Below are positions 47,771 through 60,991 of a DNA stretch of 64,000 nt, piece by piece. Made by a program: the position numbers and the translations under genes. The DNA comes from Octopus sinensis (lineage: Eukaryota). A model generated the notes under the pieces. The model was not told the DNA's origin and ran no database searches. It saw nothing but the letters and a program-made list of their open reading frames with translations. The stretch's first letter is position 1. Each line of letters starts with the position of its first letter. Location of the stretch: positions 12,161,022-12,225,021 of the forward strand of contig NC_043011.1 of NCBI RefSeq assembly GCF_006345805.1, given 5' to 3'.

Positions 47771-48521
47771 CTAACTAGGAAATTGTTATTAAGTGAACAT
47801 GAATTTTTTTAAGGCCTTTCGTTTTTGCTGTAACTAATATTGTTTTCCTTATTTTTTTTCTTTTCGTTGAACTTCGATCAGCATGTATGCAAAATAATTT
47901 ACTAAAAAAAAAAGCAAAAAATTGGAATAACAAACAAAAACGTTTTTTTTTCATTTCTTTCTAAATTATTTGGACCTTCTAGCCCCAGTAGCTTCCAGCA
48001 AACCAAAGTAGACGTATGAACTATCAATCAGGCAAGCATACCGTATAAAAAACGAGATACCAAATGCTTTGGTAGTTGGATTAGTTAGAAAGATTGAGAA
48101 GGACTTTATGTTAGTAAGGTTCATTAATAAAGCATCTGGTACTCGCTATTTTATCGACCCCGAAAGAAAGAAAGACAATAATGACCCCCAGTGAGATTTG
48201 AAATCAGATCCTAAAGGAATATAATTAAATTCTGCAATGATTCATTTAATCATTTGCTGTACAGTTTTTCGTATCCCAACGCCGAGGGAAATGGGGTTTA
48301 ATAATTGGTCACGAGGAGCCAAGATTTTGATGACAGTTTAAAGATCAAATATAAGAGAAGAGAAAAGAAAATGCAAGAAACGTGAGATAAAAAAGGATGA
48401 AATCAACAATTATAGTAAAAAATCGATTAATAATAATAATAATAATAATGATAATAATAATAATGATAATAATAATAATGATGATGATAATAATAATAAT
48501 AACAATAATAATAATAATAAC

Positions 48522-48562
<41 letters not shown>

Positions 48563-48599
48563 TAATAATGATAATAATAATGTTTGTTGTTGTTGTTGT

Positions 48600-48877
48600 C
48601 TGTTCCTTCTCGAGCCACGCCTGGCTCATAAGGGCCGGTTTCCCGGTTTCCTTGGTGTATAGATTCCCCACCTGGACGGGACGCCGGTCCGTCGCAGGTG
48701 AGCTGCAAGATGCAGGAGGAAAGAGTGAGAGAAAGATGTGGCGAAAGAGTCAGCAGAAGTTCGCCATTACCTCTTGCCGGAGCCGCATGGAGCTTAGGTG
48801 TTTCGCTCATAAACACACACATCGCCCAGTCTGAGATTCGAACCCGCTGCTCTAACCGCTAGGCCATGCGCCTCCAC
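48600..48877 (-). mobile_element. tRNA-derived SINE with (AAC/AAT)n tail expanding into 48430-48600
   Basis: GTGGAGGCGCATGGCCTAGCGGTTAGAGCAGCGGGTTCGAATC head; family of 6555. Confidence 0.75.
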
Positions 48878-49349
48878 AGTCTTCTCTTATAGAGGGTGAC
48901 AAAAAACATAAAAATAAGGTTTGTGTTTCATTCTTAGACAAAATTTTAATTTTTTCTCTCATGTCAGTGACAAAAAAATATGGCTATAAACATTTCAACC
49001 ACGCCCCCGAAAATACATACCCTTGCCCAACTGTTATTCACCCAATCTGGCCAACATGGATATCAAAATTAGAAAGTTAATGGCTATGCATTGGGAGCCT
49101 TCATACTAGAAGTAACGTAGTAAGATTTTACTTACCTGGGTAGAAAGATGGAAGAGGACTGGACTAGCTGGAATCGAGGATAGTGTTGTGAAGATAATCA
49201 AGTCTTTGCATGCCTATCTGAGTGAGAAGTTAACCAGTGGCAACAGTGAGACCCTCTCCCTCCCAGGGGTACAATATGAGGGCTAACAGAGAAAAGATCA
49301 TCAATTGGAAAGAGAAAGTCTTACACTCTTACTTTTTTTACTTGTTTCA

Positions 49350-49705
49350 GTCATTTGACTGCGGCCATGCTGGAGCACCGCTTTAGTCGAACAAATCGAT
49401 CCCAAGACTTATTCTTTGGGAGCCCAGTACTTACTCTATCGGTTTCTTTTGCCGAACCGCTATGTTACGGGGACGTAAACACACCACCATCGGTTGTCAA
49501 GCGATATTGGGGGACAAAGACACACAAACATATACACAAACATACATATATATATATACATATACACGACGGGCTTCTTTCAGTTTCCGTCTACCAAATC
49601 CATTCACAAGGCTTTAGTCAGCCCGAGCCTATAATAGAAGACACTTGCCCAATGTGTCACGCAATGGGAATGAACCCGGAACCATGCGATTGGTAAGCAA
49701 GCTAC
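49350..49705 (-). mobile_element. tRNA-derived SINE (second family)
   Basis: GGTAAGTAGCTTGCTTACCAATCGCATGGTTCCGGGTTCATTCCC head and GGTGCTCCAGCATGGCCGCAGTC 3' module (also at 6540-6575 and 62020). Confidence 0.7.
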
Positions 49706-49719
49706 TTACCATGCTTTTC

Positions 49720-50350
49720 CAACAAACATCGGATAAATCTGATGAAACATCATGGAGATTGTTAAGACATGGTTCTCTTTAAAGAAGACAAAAGAATTGA
49801 TTCTTGCTGCTCAAGAACAAGCTTCACAAAGCAACTCAATTAAGTGGAGCATTGATAACACAGCAGTATCAACTTTGCATAGACTACGGGAAAAATCATC
49901 TGAGAGAGTTGAACATACAATTAGTGGATTCCCAAAACTGGCCCAAAAGGAGTACAAAAATAATATGATTCATGGTTGGGCGAATACACAGGGAATTGTA
50001 CTGTTCCAAGTGGTAAGAGTACCAACTTTTGTCAGTAGCAGAAAATGATCGGGTGAAACTCACACGGGATATCCCAATATACAAAGACAAAAATCTGCAA
50101 TGTGACCAATCAGATATCACTCTCTCATGGAAGGAGTCCGAAGAATGGAGCTTCATTGATGTAGCTATACTAACAGAGCTGATTATTTTGATGACAGAAT
50201 CGGAAAAAATCGGGAAGTATCAAGACCAAGCATTGGAAAATGAAACGAATTCAGAGTCTCAAAAGAGAGTGTAGTACCGATTGTGATCGGTGCACTTTAG
50301 ACCGTCTCAAAGAGAGCAATATTTTGGCATCAAAAGCTGCAAATACTAAA
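49720..50350 (+). mobile_element. R4/Dong-clade non-LTR retrotransposon 3' remnant (restriction-like endonuclease)
   Basis: LILAAQEQASQSNSIK...ERVEHTISGFPKLAQKEYK; NDRVKLTRDIPI...DQSDIT...SFIDVAI...EKIGKYQD. Confidence 0.75.
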
Positions 50351-50442
50351 CTTCATAGAAATTACTAAGAAACTTCATAGAAAGTGTTGTGTCCTTAAAT
50401 TGCGGGAAGGAGCTGAGACGTGACATAGATGAATCGGGAGAA

Positions 50443-51760
50443 GTTAAGTGAACAAATAATGCTCTTAAGGTGGTATGTTCCGTGCATTGTGAGACGTTTT
50501 CTCGATTTTCGGTCCAGCCTCTGTAACTCCACTTTCTTCTAAATGATAATACTTGCACATAGCTCAATAATGTAATCACCATGTATTGGATACCTGATAC
50601 TATTTCATCCATTCAATTGTTTTTACCACAGAACCAGTCTAAGTCTTCAGATACACTCTTGAGAAACATTTGTCTTCCTTTCTTCTTCTATAACTTCACT
50701 CAAGATATTTACACCCAATATCATCAATCCTTTTCATGATTTCCCCTGATGGCAATTTTACACCTCCGATCATTTTTTCAGGAATATTACTCCACGGTTT
50801 TTAGATTAAATTCCATTTCGATGTAACCAGGTACAAGAAGGGGCGAGGACTAATTCGTTGTAAAAGTTGCGAACGGCTCAGAAGAAATTAGCTTGACGTG
50901 GTATATCAAAAGTAACACAGATCCCTTGTTGGTGCAGATGAGAATATCTGGTAGTTAGGACAGATATTTGCGTGGAAACAAGAGAGTACAAAGAAAAATA
51001 TTTTAAGACGAAAGAAAATGGAGTGGAAAAAGAGGTGTACGGGTAGTTTGCGGAGGAGGGAGCAGGAATACAGATGCCGACAGAAGGTAATGCTATCTAA
51101 GGAAGCGTGACTTGAAGTCAGAAATAGAAGCACTTATCTGTGCTGCACAGCAACAAGCACTCAGAACAAATTAAGTCAAATGCGAGGCCGACAACACAGT
51201 AGAGAGTGAAAAGTGCAGGTTGTGCGGTGATAAAAATGAGACTGTGTGGCCCCCACCAAAAAAAATACGAAAGAAGACAGGATGATGTCATGAGAATGAT
51301 TGGGAGCTGTGTGAAAAGTATGGTTTGGAAAGAGCAAGAGCGCTGTATGGGCAAACCTCAGAAGAGTAATCAAGAGTATCAAGGTAGAAACACAGTAGGT
51401 CACAATGACCTAATGTGATTATGAAATTGAACGTTGAAAATCGGTATATAACGGTTGTGAATAAAGAGGGAAAATACCAGTTTAATCATAGGTATTGCAT
51501 GTCCTGGTGATAATAGATTATCGGAAAGAGACGCAGGTCAGATATGATGATTTAAAGTGGGAGTTAAAAGTGGTTTTGTCATTGAAGAAGGTGATGTAGT
51601 ACGTGTTGTTGGAGCCTTGGGTACAGTAAGTGCCAACGAACTGGATTGAAAAATACGGGTACATGTGAAGATCATCTATAGAACAGAATCTACAGAAAAC
51701 AGTGCTCCTTAGAACTCCACGAAAATTCGGCAGAGTTCACGAAATCTGAATGAAGTGTGT
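50443..51760 (+). mobile_element. R4/Dong-clade copy with an inverted 5' segment (50443-50820 on the minus strand)
   Basis: Plus part: KGRGLIRC, EALICAAQQQALRTN, KCRLCGDKNETV and VVGALGTV. Minus part: EIMKRIDDIGCKYL ... MHGTYHLKS. Confidence 0.7.
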
Positions 51761-53149
51761 TACTTCATCAACAACAAGAATGATTATAATGGTTTCAAAT
51801 TCTGGCACAAGGCCAGCAATTCCGGGGGGAGGGGTTAAGTCGATTACATTAACCCCCAGAGCTCAATTAGTACTTATTTTATCAACCCTGAACGGATTGA
51901 CACAGGCAGAATTTGAACTCAGGACGTAAAGATGGATAAAGTGCCGCTCAGTATTTTACCCGGCGTGCTAACGATTCTGCCAGCTCAGCGCCTTAATATA
52001 ATATGATTGATTCTCCCGTCGAAGATGTTGTATGAATGTTCAGCTTTTTGCCCAACGGCCTGCATAAATGATTTGTTTATAGAGACCAAAAGTTCATACT
52101 GTACATTAGCTCACTCTTGTCATCAGATTGATCTTGCCTGAACAGGTGCACGGTGTACCATGCGTCAGGTGTCGAAGTGGCTGCAGAGAAAACACAACGT
52201 ACCGTTCGGTCTAGTGATTGAAACCACGATCCCGCATGCAACACCCTAACCACTAGGCAATGCGTTCCTGTAATATGATATAATATAATATAATATAATA
52301 TATATAATATATTGGGGTTTGCCGTTAGTCGATAATATTGACTCCAGTACTTGACTGGTACTTTATTATATCGACACCGAAATGATGAAAGGTAAACTGA
52401 CACCGGTGGGTTTTGAACTCATAACGTAAAGACCCGCAACGCTATCAGCTTAGAAGAACTACATAACAACTTGTAATGATCCTCGATATGGCTAGGAAGA
52501 GTCACATAGAGTGATTCGGGTACCAGTGCACACACAATCACACAAACGAGCGCCCTTCCCATTAGCCTAAACATATTGCATGATTGAAACCATTTCAACA
52601 AGCCAGTTTTTCTACTTTCACTTACCTTTCACAAATTTTATTGAATTTACCCTCATCATCATTTTCTTTACTCGCTATATTATCCTAACTTCTCCATCTA
52701 CTCTCACCTTCTTATTATTTACCTTCACCTCTTTCTTTACTTTACCCTCATTTCACTTCCGTCTTCATGAACTGAAGTGTTGGGTCGATTTCCGCAATAC
52801 ACCGGATCAGCCCCGCAAGTGATAACAGCTATTCGACATAAGCCCCAAAATCTACAATACACGCACACTGGACGAGTAAATTACAAACGGTTAAGAAAAT
52901 TTTGCTGTTGGTGGATCCAACATGACCATGCCTGTGATGTTTCTCCTTGTAATACAAGGCCAAAACTGTTTCTAGTCCCTGACTTGAAAGTCCTCTATAA
53001 GTGATTACACAGACTGCCCTTGCCGATGAACAGACTTGCAACTAACGTTGTTCATATCCTCCACTATATAACCACACCATCGGTATTCACATTTTCCACT
53101 AAATCTCTGTAAAATGCAGTTAGGTTCATAGCCATCAATTCACTGTGAA

Positions 53150-54140
53150 GAAAGTTCACCGCGAGGAAAGTTTAGAGAGAAATATATATCCATAGTATTT
53201 CACCATTGATAGTTTAAAACTATCTTATTATTAAAAACAGTGACTCGACGACAGTGAACTCACCGGACATGAAAATGCGTTGGTGGATGTTCCACAGGTA
53301 ACAGTTCAGAAATTAATGAGCAGTGCGCGTCTGGCAACATTCCACTCGCCAAACTCACAATCACCCAACTGCAGTTCCGTCAAAGAAACTAGTTTCGGAA
53401 AATCACTATTCAGCTTAGACTTAGAATACCTACTTGTCTACTACCGCTTGAAATAGACGGCTGCCAAAACAGCATCGATGAAACTCAGCATGTGACAAAG
53501 AAGGTTGTAGGGCAGGCCATCCAGTCCCGGCGATTTTCCCATCGCACAGCCATTCAGCAGATCTGCTACTTCATCAGCTCAAAATGAAATTATTTTTCAC
53601 AAGATTCTGCGTCTTCAGCAGAGAGTTGTGGAAAATTGTCAAGATAGGTATCAAAGTCCGCTGGGTCTAGTTCACCAAAGAAAAGAAAAGAAAAAAAAAC
53701 GAGAAAAAGAAAAATTTCGCTCTCACATTTGCTGGAATAGGACAGGTGCATTCGTTGCAATCTGCGAAAGATCAAGATTCGGTTTAGTGACCTCGATTTG
53801 CTTCCTTCGCCTTTCAGAAAACGTACCCTCATACGAGCAATGCATCCTTTGTGTTTAGTGACGAGGAAGTCGACAAGGACCGTTGTCTTTTCTGATAACC
53901 TCTTCTTATCAATGTGCATACCCACCTCTTTTAATCTCCTGTTCTCCATCGATACATTTCTGATAAAACTAACAGATTCTGTTTTAATTTTAGTTTTTAA
54001 CGAGACTCTCCTTCAGCTATTGATAATTGCACTTGTCAATTCTTTTTTGATAAATTCGCTAATCCGATCCGAGAACGTTTCCGTGCATGTCGAGAAATAT
54101 GCATCGAGTTTCTCCAGGAATCGGGACCTTGTTTATTGAT
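53150..54140 (-). mobile_element. Tx1/L1-clade LINE fragment (endonuclease-RT linker)
   Basis: KHKGCIARMRVRFLKGEG, LDNFPQLSAEDAESCE, and ADEVADLLNGCAMGKSPGLDGLP. Confidence 0.7.
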
Positions 54141-54899
54141 CTTGACTAAGTTAACAGTACAGATCGAAAATCATTTGTCTATGTAGCTACAAGGCTAAGT
54201 ATTTGAAAGGAGGAAACATTCTACTAGATCGATCTCCAGTATATGGTGCACACTTCTTTTAAGGAACCTATAAGGATGTAATTAGACCGTAATGGTTGAG
54301 AATTCAGGACGTACAAAGTTGTACAGGGTACGGCGCATATATATTTCCTCATTATTCATTTTATCATAAAATAAAAAGTTTTAGGTTTTGATCAATGAAA
54401 TTTTACAGGTTGATTGTTATACTTATTGATATTTTTTTAGATATATTTACAGTTCAAAATGGCTATCCTTTGCTTTCCCCATAGGCCTTTATTCTTTACA
54501 CCTGCCATTTTCAATGCTACAATTTGTTCACGTTTTGTTTGAGCCACCATATTTAATTAAGGGTAAACGATTAAACAAGGGAATGTTTAAACAATTAAAC
54601 AAAAGGAAGCGTAAGTGAATGTAGCAGTAAGTAAATGTCACAAGACATTCTATACGCCACTCAACCGATTATGCCAAGTTAGAACAGCAACATCAATAAT
54701 GATGATGATGATGACGACGACGATGATCATGACGATGATGATGATGATGATTCTGTTTGCCATTGCGGCATCTGATGAAAGGGGCATTACAAGAACAGTT
54801 TAAAATTCATTTGGTAATTTACATAAAAAGATGAGTGGAAGAAAGGGAGAGAAGAAGGAAATGAGAAAAAAAAAGTATTCATGGCATACAAAATAAGTG

Positions 54900-55473
54900 A
54901 AGACATGGATGATACAGTCCGCCTGATTCAGGAAAATCTCCAACTAGGCCTAATCAATGAGCCCCTCAGATCCAGGATCTCCCTGACCAACAGGAACACA
55001 GGCTTTCGTCCCACTGTTGTTTTCCAAGCTGCAGGTGTATGCTTACCATAGTTCAATTCAACCCCAGCCAGTTTTCCCTCAGTCATCCACATTTTGACAA
55101 ATTCCTTCCTCCACACATTCCATTCCAAATGAAACTTGTAAACTCAATGAGCACTCGATCAAACATAGTGTCTGTCCTCTAAGTCTTCGGAGATATTCTC
55201 GGAAAATCTTTTCTTCCTTCCTTTTTCCACCACTTCACTCATCTCCAATATGCCCATGTATCATCAATCCTTTTCATGATTTCCTTAAATGGTAATTCAA
55301 TACCTTCAAGTCTGTTGACTTGCCCTCTCGTCAGGAATATTACTCTACATTTTTTTTAAACCAAATTTTGTTTCGACGTGCTTGGTTATTCAGTGTCTGT
55401 CTGCGATGTGGATAGCAGTAGCAGTTGTAGCAGTAGTAGCAGCAGCAGCAACAACAACAGCAACAGCAGCGAC

Positions 55474-55517
<44 letters not shown>

Positions 55518-56460
55518 ATGAATAAGTTGTATATGCTTAGATGAAAATAGCTTGGGGCAGTATATCAAGAATGCCATAGAACCCTCTGGGCCTTGTCCAC
55601 CGAACAAAAAATTTTCGCCATAGCCACTAAAGAGAGACGATGATGCTGCTGATTACGACAACAACGACGACGATTACGAGGAGGAGGAGGAGGAGAATGA
55701 GAAGGAGGGTCTTAGTACAAAATAGGTAAACTATCAAGTATCGATACATTTTGTTGAATCGTCCTTATATCGATTTATGGTGAAAAAAAAAACAGGTGAA
55801 TGCATTAGGTTTTTATGGTGACAGTATGTAGAAAACTTGCATAAAAATATTACAAAGGGAAGCACGACAATATTGCACGTATTGTTTTAATAGAAACTAC
55901 GTGGAAAATATAATTTGAACAAAGGTTATGGGGAATGTGATCCTCAATGTGATGCAATGAAAGATAATGAAGTTATTATGGGATTTCAACACTGAATGCG
56001 ATCGGTTGATTGAGGTAAGAGAACCAGATATTGTTATCGTCTACAAAGGAAAAGACATTGCACAGTAACTGACATAACATTTCCTGGTGGCGACGGAGAG
56101 CGTGAGAAGGGATGAGATAAAGAAACAAAAAAAAAAGCATTCAGAAATATCGTGACGTCGAAAGAGAAGTTGCTTCACTGTATGGGGCGTGGAAAAAAAT
56201 ATCGACATTGTGCCACTGCCGTTGGGTACTCGTGGCACAGTCAAAATAAAAAAAAAATACTGGAATCGACATTCGAATAGAATTGCAAGGATTTTAAGGA
56301 AGGTTCTCGAAAATTGGACCGACGAAAGAATCCCAAAAGTCGTTAATCGTTACACATGACTTCCTCTTTGAAGGATAAGCCCGATACAGTATCAGTCTGC
56401 GATGTGGATAGCAGTGGCAGCAGCAACAGCAGCAACAGCAACAGCAGCAACTGTAGTAGT

Positions 56461-56511
<51 letters not shown>

Positions 56512-56530
56512 CAGTAGTAGTAGTTAAGAA
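54900..56530 (+). mobile_element. R4/Dong-clade fragments with (TAG)n tails; inverted RT piece at ~55000-55378
   Basis: WDFNTECDRLIEVREPDIVIVYK...DITFPG...KYRDVEREV...LGTRGTV (55980-56245). Near-identical 3' UTR TCTGCGATGTGGATAGCAG plus (TAG)n at ~55400 and ~56395. Confidence 0.7.
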
Positions 56531-56562
56531 TACTGATTTATCAGGACCTATGCATATACAGT

Positions 56563-56895
56563 GAGGGCGCATGGCTCAGTGGTTAGAGCGTCGAGCTTAC
56601 GATCGTGAGGTTGTGAGTTCGAATCACGGACCGGGCTGCGTGTTATGTTCTTGAGCAAGATACTTTATTTCACTCTGCTCCAGTTCACTAAGCTGTAGAA
56701 ATGAGCAGCGACGTCACATTTCCCAGCTGTATCGGCCCCTTTGCCTTTCCCTTGGATAACACTGGTGGCGTGGAGAGAGGAGGCTGGTATGCATGGGTGA
56801 CTGCTGGTCTTCTATAAACAACCTTGCCCGGACTTGTGCCTGGGAGGATAATTTTCTGGGTGCAATCCCGTAGTTAGTCATGACCGAAGGGGGTC
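56563..56895 (+). mobile_element. tRNA-derived SINE (third family); inverted copy at 59870-60195
   Basis: GAGGGCGCATGGCTCAGTGGTTAGAGCG (A box) and GAGTTCGAATC (B box); body matches the reverse complement of 59870-60195. Confidence 0.8.
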
Positions 56896-57291
56896 TCAGC
56901 ATGCATATACATTAAGAAATTGTTGAACACAAGGTTGAAAATCGTACCTATGGTAATTGATGCAACAAGGAAAAAGGCACCCTACGGGGAAGGAGACATC
57001 CAATTAAAGCCAATTAGAGGTCCCATAGATACATAATCGTCCTGGCCAATAACAGTTGTTGCCCTCACCCAGCAATCCTTCTACAGCCTACATGCAGGTG
57101 CTGAGAGTAGGTTCAGTTACCTGAGTTATGCTCGCCACTCACACTCACCTTTCAATATATCTTCAGAGGTTGGAACATCCCTTTTCCCACCTTCATTTTC
57201 AAGTTGATGAGAACCGAACCAAAGATTACACTGTCCTCTCTAGTCTTTTCAGTCTTTTCTCTAGTCTTTTACAACCTCTTTTGTCATAAAT

Positions 57292-57342
<51 letters not shown>

Positions 57343-57499
57343 CTTGCCCTTTTCGGGAAAAGGAAAATCAAAAACATGATTCTAGCAGCTGCCCTCAGTT
57401 CTCGAGCCGAAAATCCTCCAGAACAGACCAGCCGTTCGTCTTCGTTGACGCACAGTTTCCCGAGAGTATCATCGCTCTTCCCCCATCATCAGTTTAGTA

Positions 57500-58120
57500 T
57501 ATGTGAATATGAAAGTTATCATTCTATAGAAGACTAGTCATTGTCTTCTTTTCACTAAAAGATGCATCACCATCAAAGGGCCGAACTACAGGAAAACGTA
57601 CCTGAAAATGGTTTACAACCAGAGCTCACAATCCATGAATTTCTCTACGTTACACAGCCGTAGCGCATGTCTGCGCATCATCAAGCACTGAGGGTGTTGG
57701 TAGCAAAATGACTGCTCGAACAGTAGAGTATGCCCCTTTCAAAGGAAGTGAAAACGCAGATATTGATCAGACGAAAATTGGAGCAAAGTTTGAGGCTTAA
57801 CCGTAATATGTAATGAGAAAAATGTTTATATTCGCTACCTATGACGAAATTTTCAGAGACAGCATCCTCCCAGCCATTTCTTGATGAGTTTCATCTCTCT
57901 ATAGAACAATGGAACCACTTTGTCTTATGTGGTGCGTGACTCCAAAACAGGGATGTCTTCCATATATGCTGATACAGTTCTTCCGAGTTTCTTTTCAAAT
58001 GGGATGCCTCTTCAGTACATAGAGTTTTTTCGACAGGAGTTCGAGTGTCAGTAGATACAGAAGGGATGTAAGATAATACCCTCGATGGACCGCTCACGTG
58101 GTCCGAAACAGATAAAAAAA
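57500..58120 (+). mobile_element. Possible Penelope-like remnant
   Basis: KGPNYRK motif at ~57575 and a decayed HHR-like GGACC/GGTCC-GAAAC at 58087-58109. Weak support. Confidence 0.35.
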
Positions 58121-59869
58121 AGTAAAGTAACCAGATTGACCACCGAACAAATACCCCTGTAAACTGAAATGATCATGTTGCTGAAAATGGATCGATATCG
58201 AATGATTTATGAACGGTCATTAAGTAACTATGGTCGAATCAATCGAAAGATTTCGATTCTTTCAAATTTATCAGCCCATCACTCTCAAAGCCAGATTTGT
58301 CAAATTTAGATCTGTTGGGTTTGAGTAGGTTTGCCCGATGACAATCAGCAACCTCTGACATGTCCATGATCTTAATTCCTGCATTCGGCAGTCATAAATC
58401 GGGAATTATCAACGACGTCCTTACTTGATCGCGCTCTTCTTCAAGAACACTACCATCCCTCAGCTTACAGAACTAATATATCATTCTGTATCCAATTGCA
58501 GTAGATTTTTACCAAATAGGCGGTGAACAAGTCTGACATATGAGCAAAGGTCATATGGTAGGTAATTTTCTTTTCGGCAGCCGCTTTCCAGCAACCCTAT
58601 CTCGGCGACTGTTATCAGCATTTTGTAGCTCTCAGTATCCTTCACCGAGAACCTTGATCCTCACGTCACTGAGGGCGATGTGATGATCCTTAAAGTCCAC
58701 TAGAGTTTCTTATCTATTTTCCGCATGAACAGTTGAGTAAAGGGTCTTTAAAATACATATGCAGACTGCTACCCATTGTATCACTACTAAAGTTGAATGC
58801 ATCTAACTTACACAGCAAAGCTTCAAGAAGCAACAGAAAAGTACTGAAGGGGTTAATGGTTGCAATCTCTTTGAACTGAATGCGTAATGCTAACAGGATC
58901 CCTGTGTGGCCTTTATAGATAGGAGAGAGGCCAGACGCACTTAATGCAGCCATCAGGTAGGGATGATTTAAATGACCAAGGCACTATCAAACCAGATCTA
59001 CACAGAACCTTCTCAAATTCTTTATATCTATAAACAAGAGTGTTATGGACAAGGTATTATTAGCTAGCTATAACTTCTATGCTTGCGTGTTTTCTCGACA
59101 GAGCTACCTGGACTTCTGTCACTTGTAGTATACGTCTGTTATCACCGGGGTTAAAGAACAATTTTGGTATATTCGAATAAAGCTGATAGAATAAGATCAT
59201 CCAGTAATGATGATTTCTCATCAAGGGTCATCATATCTTTCAGAAGCAGTTTATTACCTCCTCTCACACCATTTTACCTCATTTATTGAAAATTTTGCCA
59301 TAACATCGAAACAGACTCGAAATTATACTTCTACAACCATTTGGTAGAGCGCGTATTTCATTCAGAAATTCCTGGTCATCTGGGTTGGATGTTCTATGTT
59401 GTCAGCTTTATACAATCCTCATCTCAGCATTATTGAGGTAGTGAAGGGGTATTTATATGTTCTATGTTGTCAGCTTTATACAATCCTCATCTCAGCATTA
59501 TTGGGGTAGTGAAGGGGTATTTATACTGGAATAGGGTAATGTAGAATTAAGTAGGGGTTATTGCGGGTGGAGTAAGCTGCATATATTGAGAGTTAAGTTG
59601 GAACGAAAAATTAGAATCGAAAAATTAAAAGAATCGACAGGCTTTTGGCGTGACAGCATTTTTCGTTATCATCACCATCGTATCCTCATCACCACTATCA
59701 TGACCATCATCACCACCAGCACCATCATCATCGTCATCACTACTAGAACTATCGCCGCTAAACCCAGATACAAACTAGAACACAGATTTAGAAAAGCCCT
59801 TTTTTAGAATGAAAAAAGTAGAAAAACAAATTCATTAAATAACTAATTAAAGGGTAAAAGGTAAAGACC

Positions 59870-60195
59870 ACCTCGATCATGAATGACCATGGGATGCACC
59901 TAAAAAGTTCCTCTCCGAGGCACAAGTCCGAGCATAGTTGTTTATGGAAGACCAGCAGTCGCCCATGCATACCAGCCTCTCCTCTCCACGCCACCAGTGT
60001 TATCCAAGGGAAAGGTAAAGGCCGATACGGCTTGGCACCATTGACGTCGCAACTTATTTCTACAGCTAAGTGAACTGGAGCAATATGAAAATAAAGTGTC
60101 TTTCTCAAAAAACAACATGCAGCCCGGTCTGAGAATCTAACTCACAACCTCAAGATCGTGAGCCCGATGCTCTAACCACTAAGCCGTGCGCCTTC
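59870..60195 (-). mobile_element. tRNA-derived SINE (third family)
   Basis: Reverse complement of 56563-56895. Confidence 0.8.
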
Positions 60196-60915
60196 ACAAA
60201 TAATTAATTAATTAATTAATAGGTCATTAAATAACTATTTTACAGATCATACTCATTTGAGACCGAAGAAAACTATACCAACAATAACTGCAAAGTGCGC
60301 GCAATCAAGCTCAAATATACAGTAAATCTAGGGACATTTTGTTCAGTATGAAACGCTTGGAAACATTGAAGTATCCATATAAAATACATAAGGTACATGG
60401 ACGGTAGTATAGGTGAAAAGAGCAAAGAACACAGTGAGAATACAATGGGAAGAAACCAACATCTACACTCACCAATCACGCTATGTACACAATGATCAAT
60501 AAAAGAAAGTTGTAATAGCATTTCATTTAGGACACCAACGGGATCCGACATTCAGGTAAGTCACTGAGACAGTTCACACGCTAAAAGCAGATTGGGAAAC
60601 TCTTCACTACCTCAGTAGTAAGAATGGGTGGCGTAACAATAAGCCCCAGAAAAGCACCAACACGACAGTGAAATATAAATAACTCAACATTACAGCTAAA
60701 ATAATCTTTTCTACTATAGGCAGGGGTCTGGGGACCAGTCGACTATATCGAGCCCAGAATTTATCGACCCCGAAAGGATGAAAGGTAAAGACGACCTCAG
60801 CGGAATTTGAACTGAATTTCAACTAGAATAATACAAACACGACGGTATTAGGTTAAACCATCTACACGGATAAACCTCCTCTCAGATGACGATAAACACC
60901 AGCAAAAGTATACAC

Positions 60916-60987
<72 letters not shown>

Positions 60988-60991
<4 letters not shown>

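Noticed and set aside
48345-48834. Poly-Ile and poly-Tyr ORFs
   Set aside because: The (AAT)n tail of a SINE.
53545-53580. CTGATGA on the minus strand followed by an AGCAG/CTGCT stem
   Set aside because: Followed by GAAT rather than GAAA, no stems I or III, and it lies in the coding frame of a Tx1-like LINE; a chance match.
59391-59526. Exact-looking 68-bp tandem duplication (similar small duplications at 13207-13275 and 30200-30470)
   Set aside because: Ordinary local slippage duplications in decayed repeats, with no further structure.
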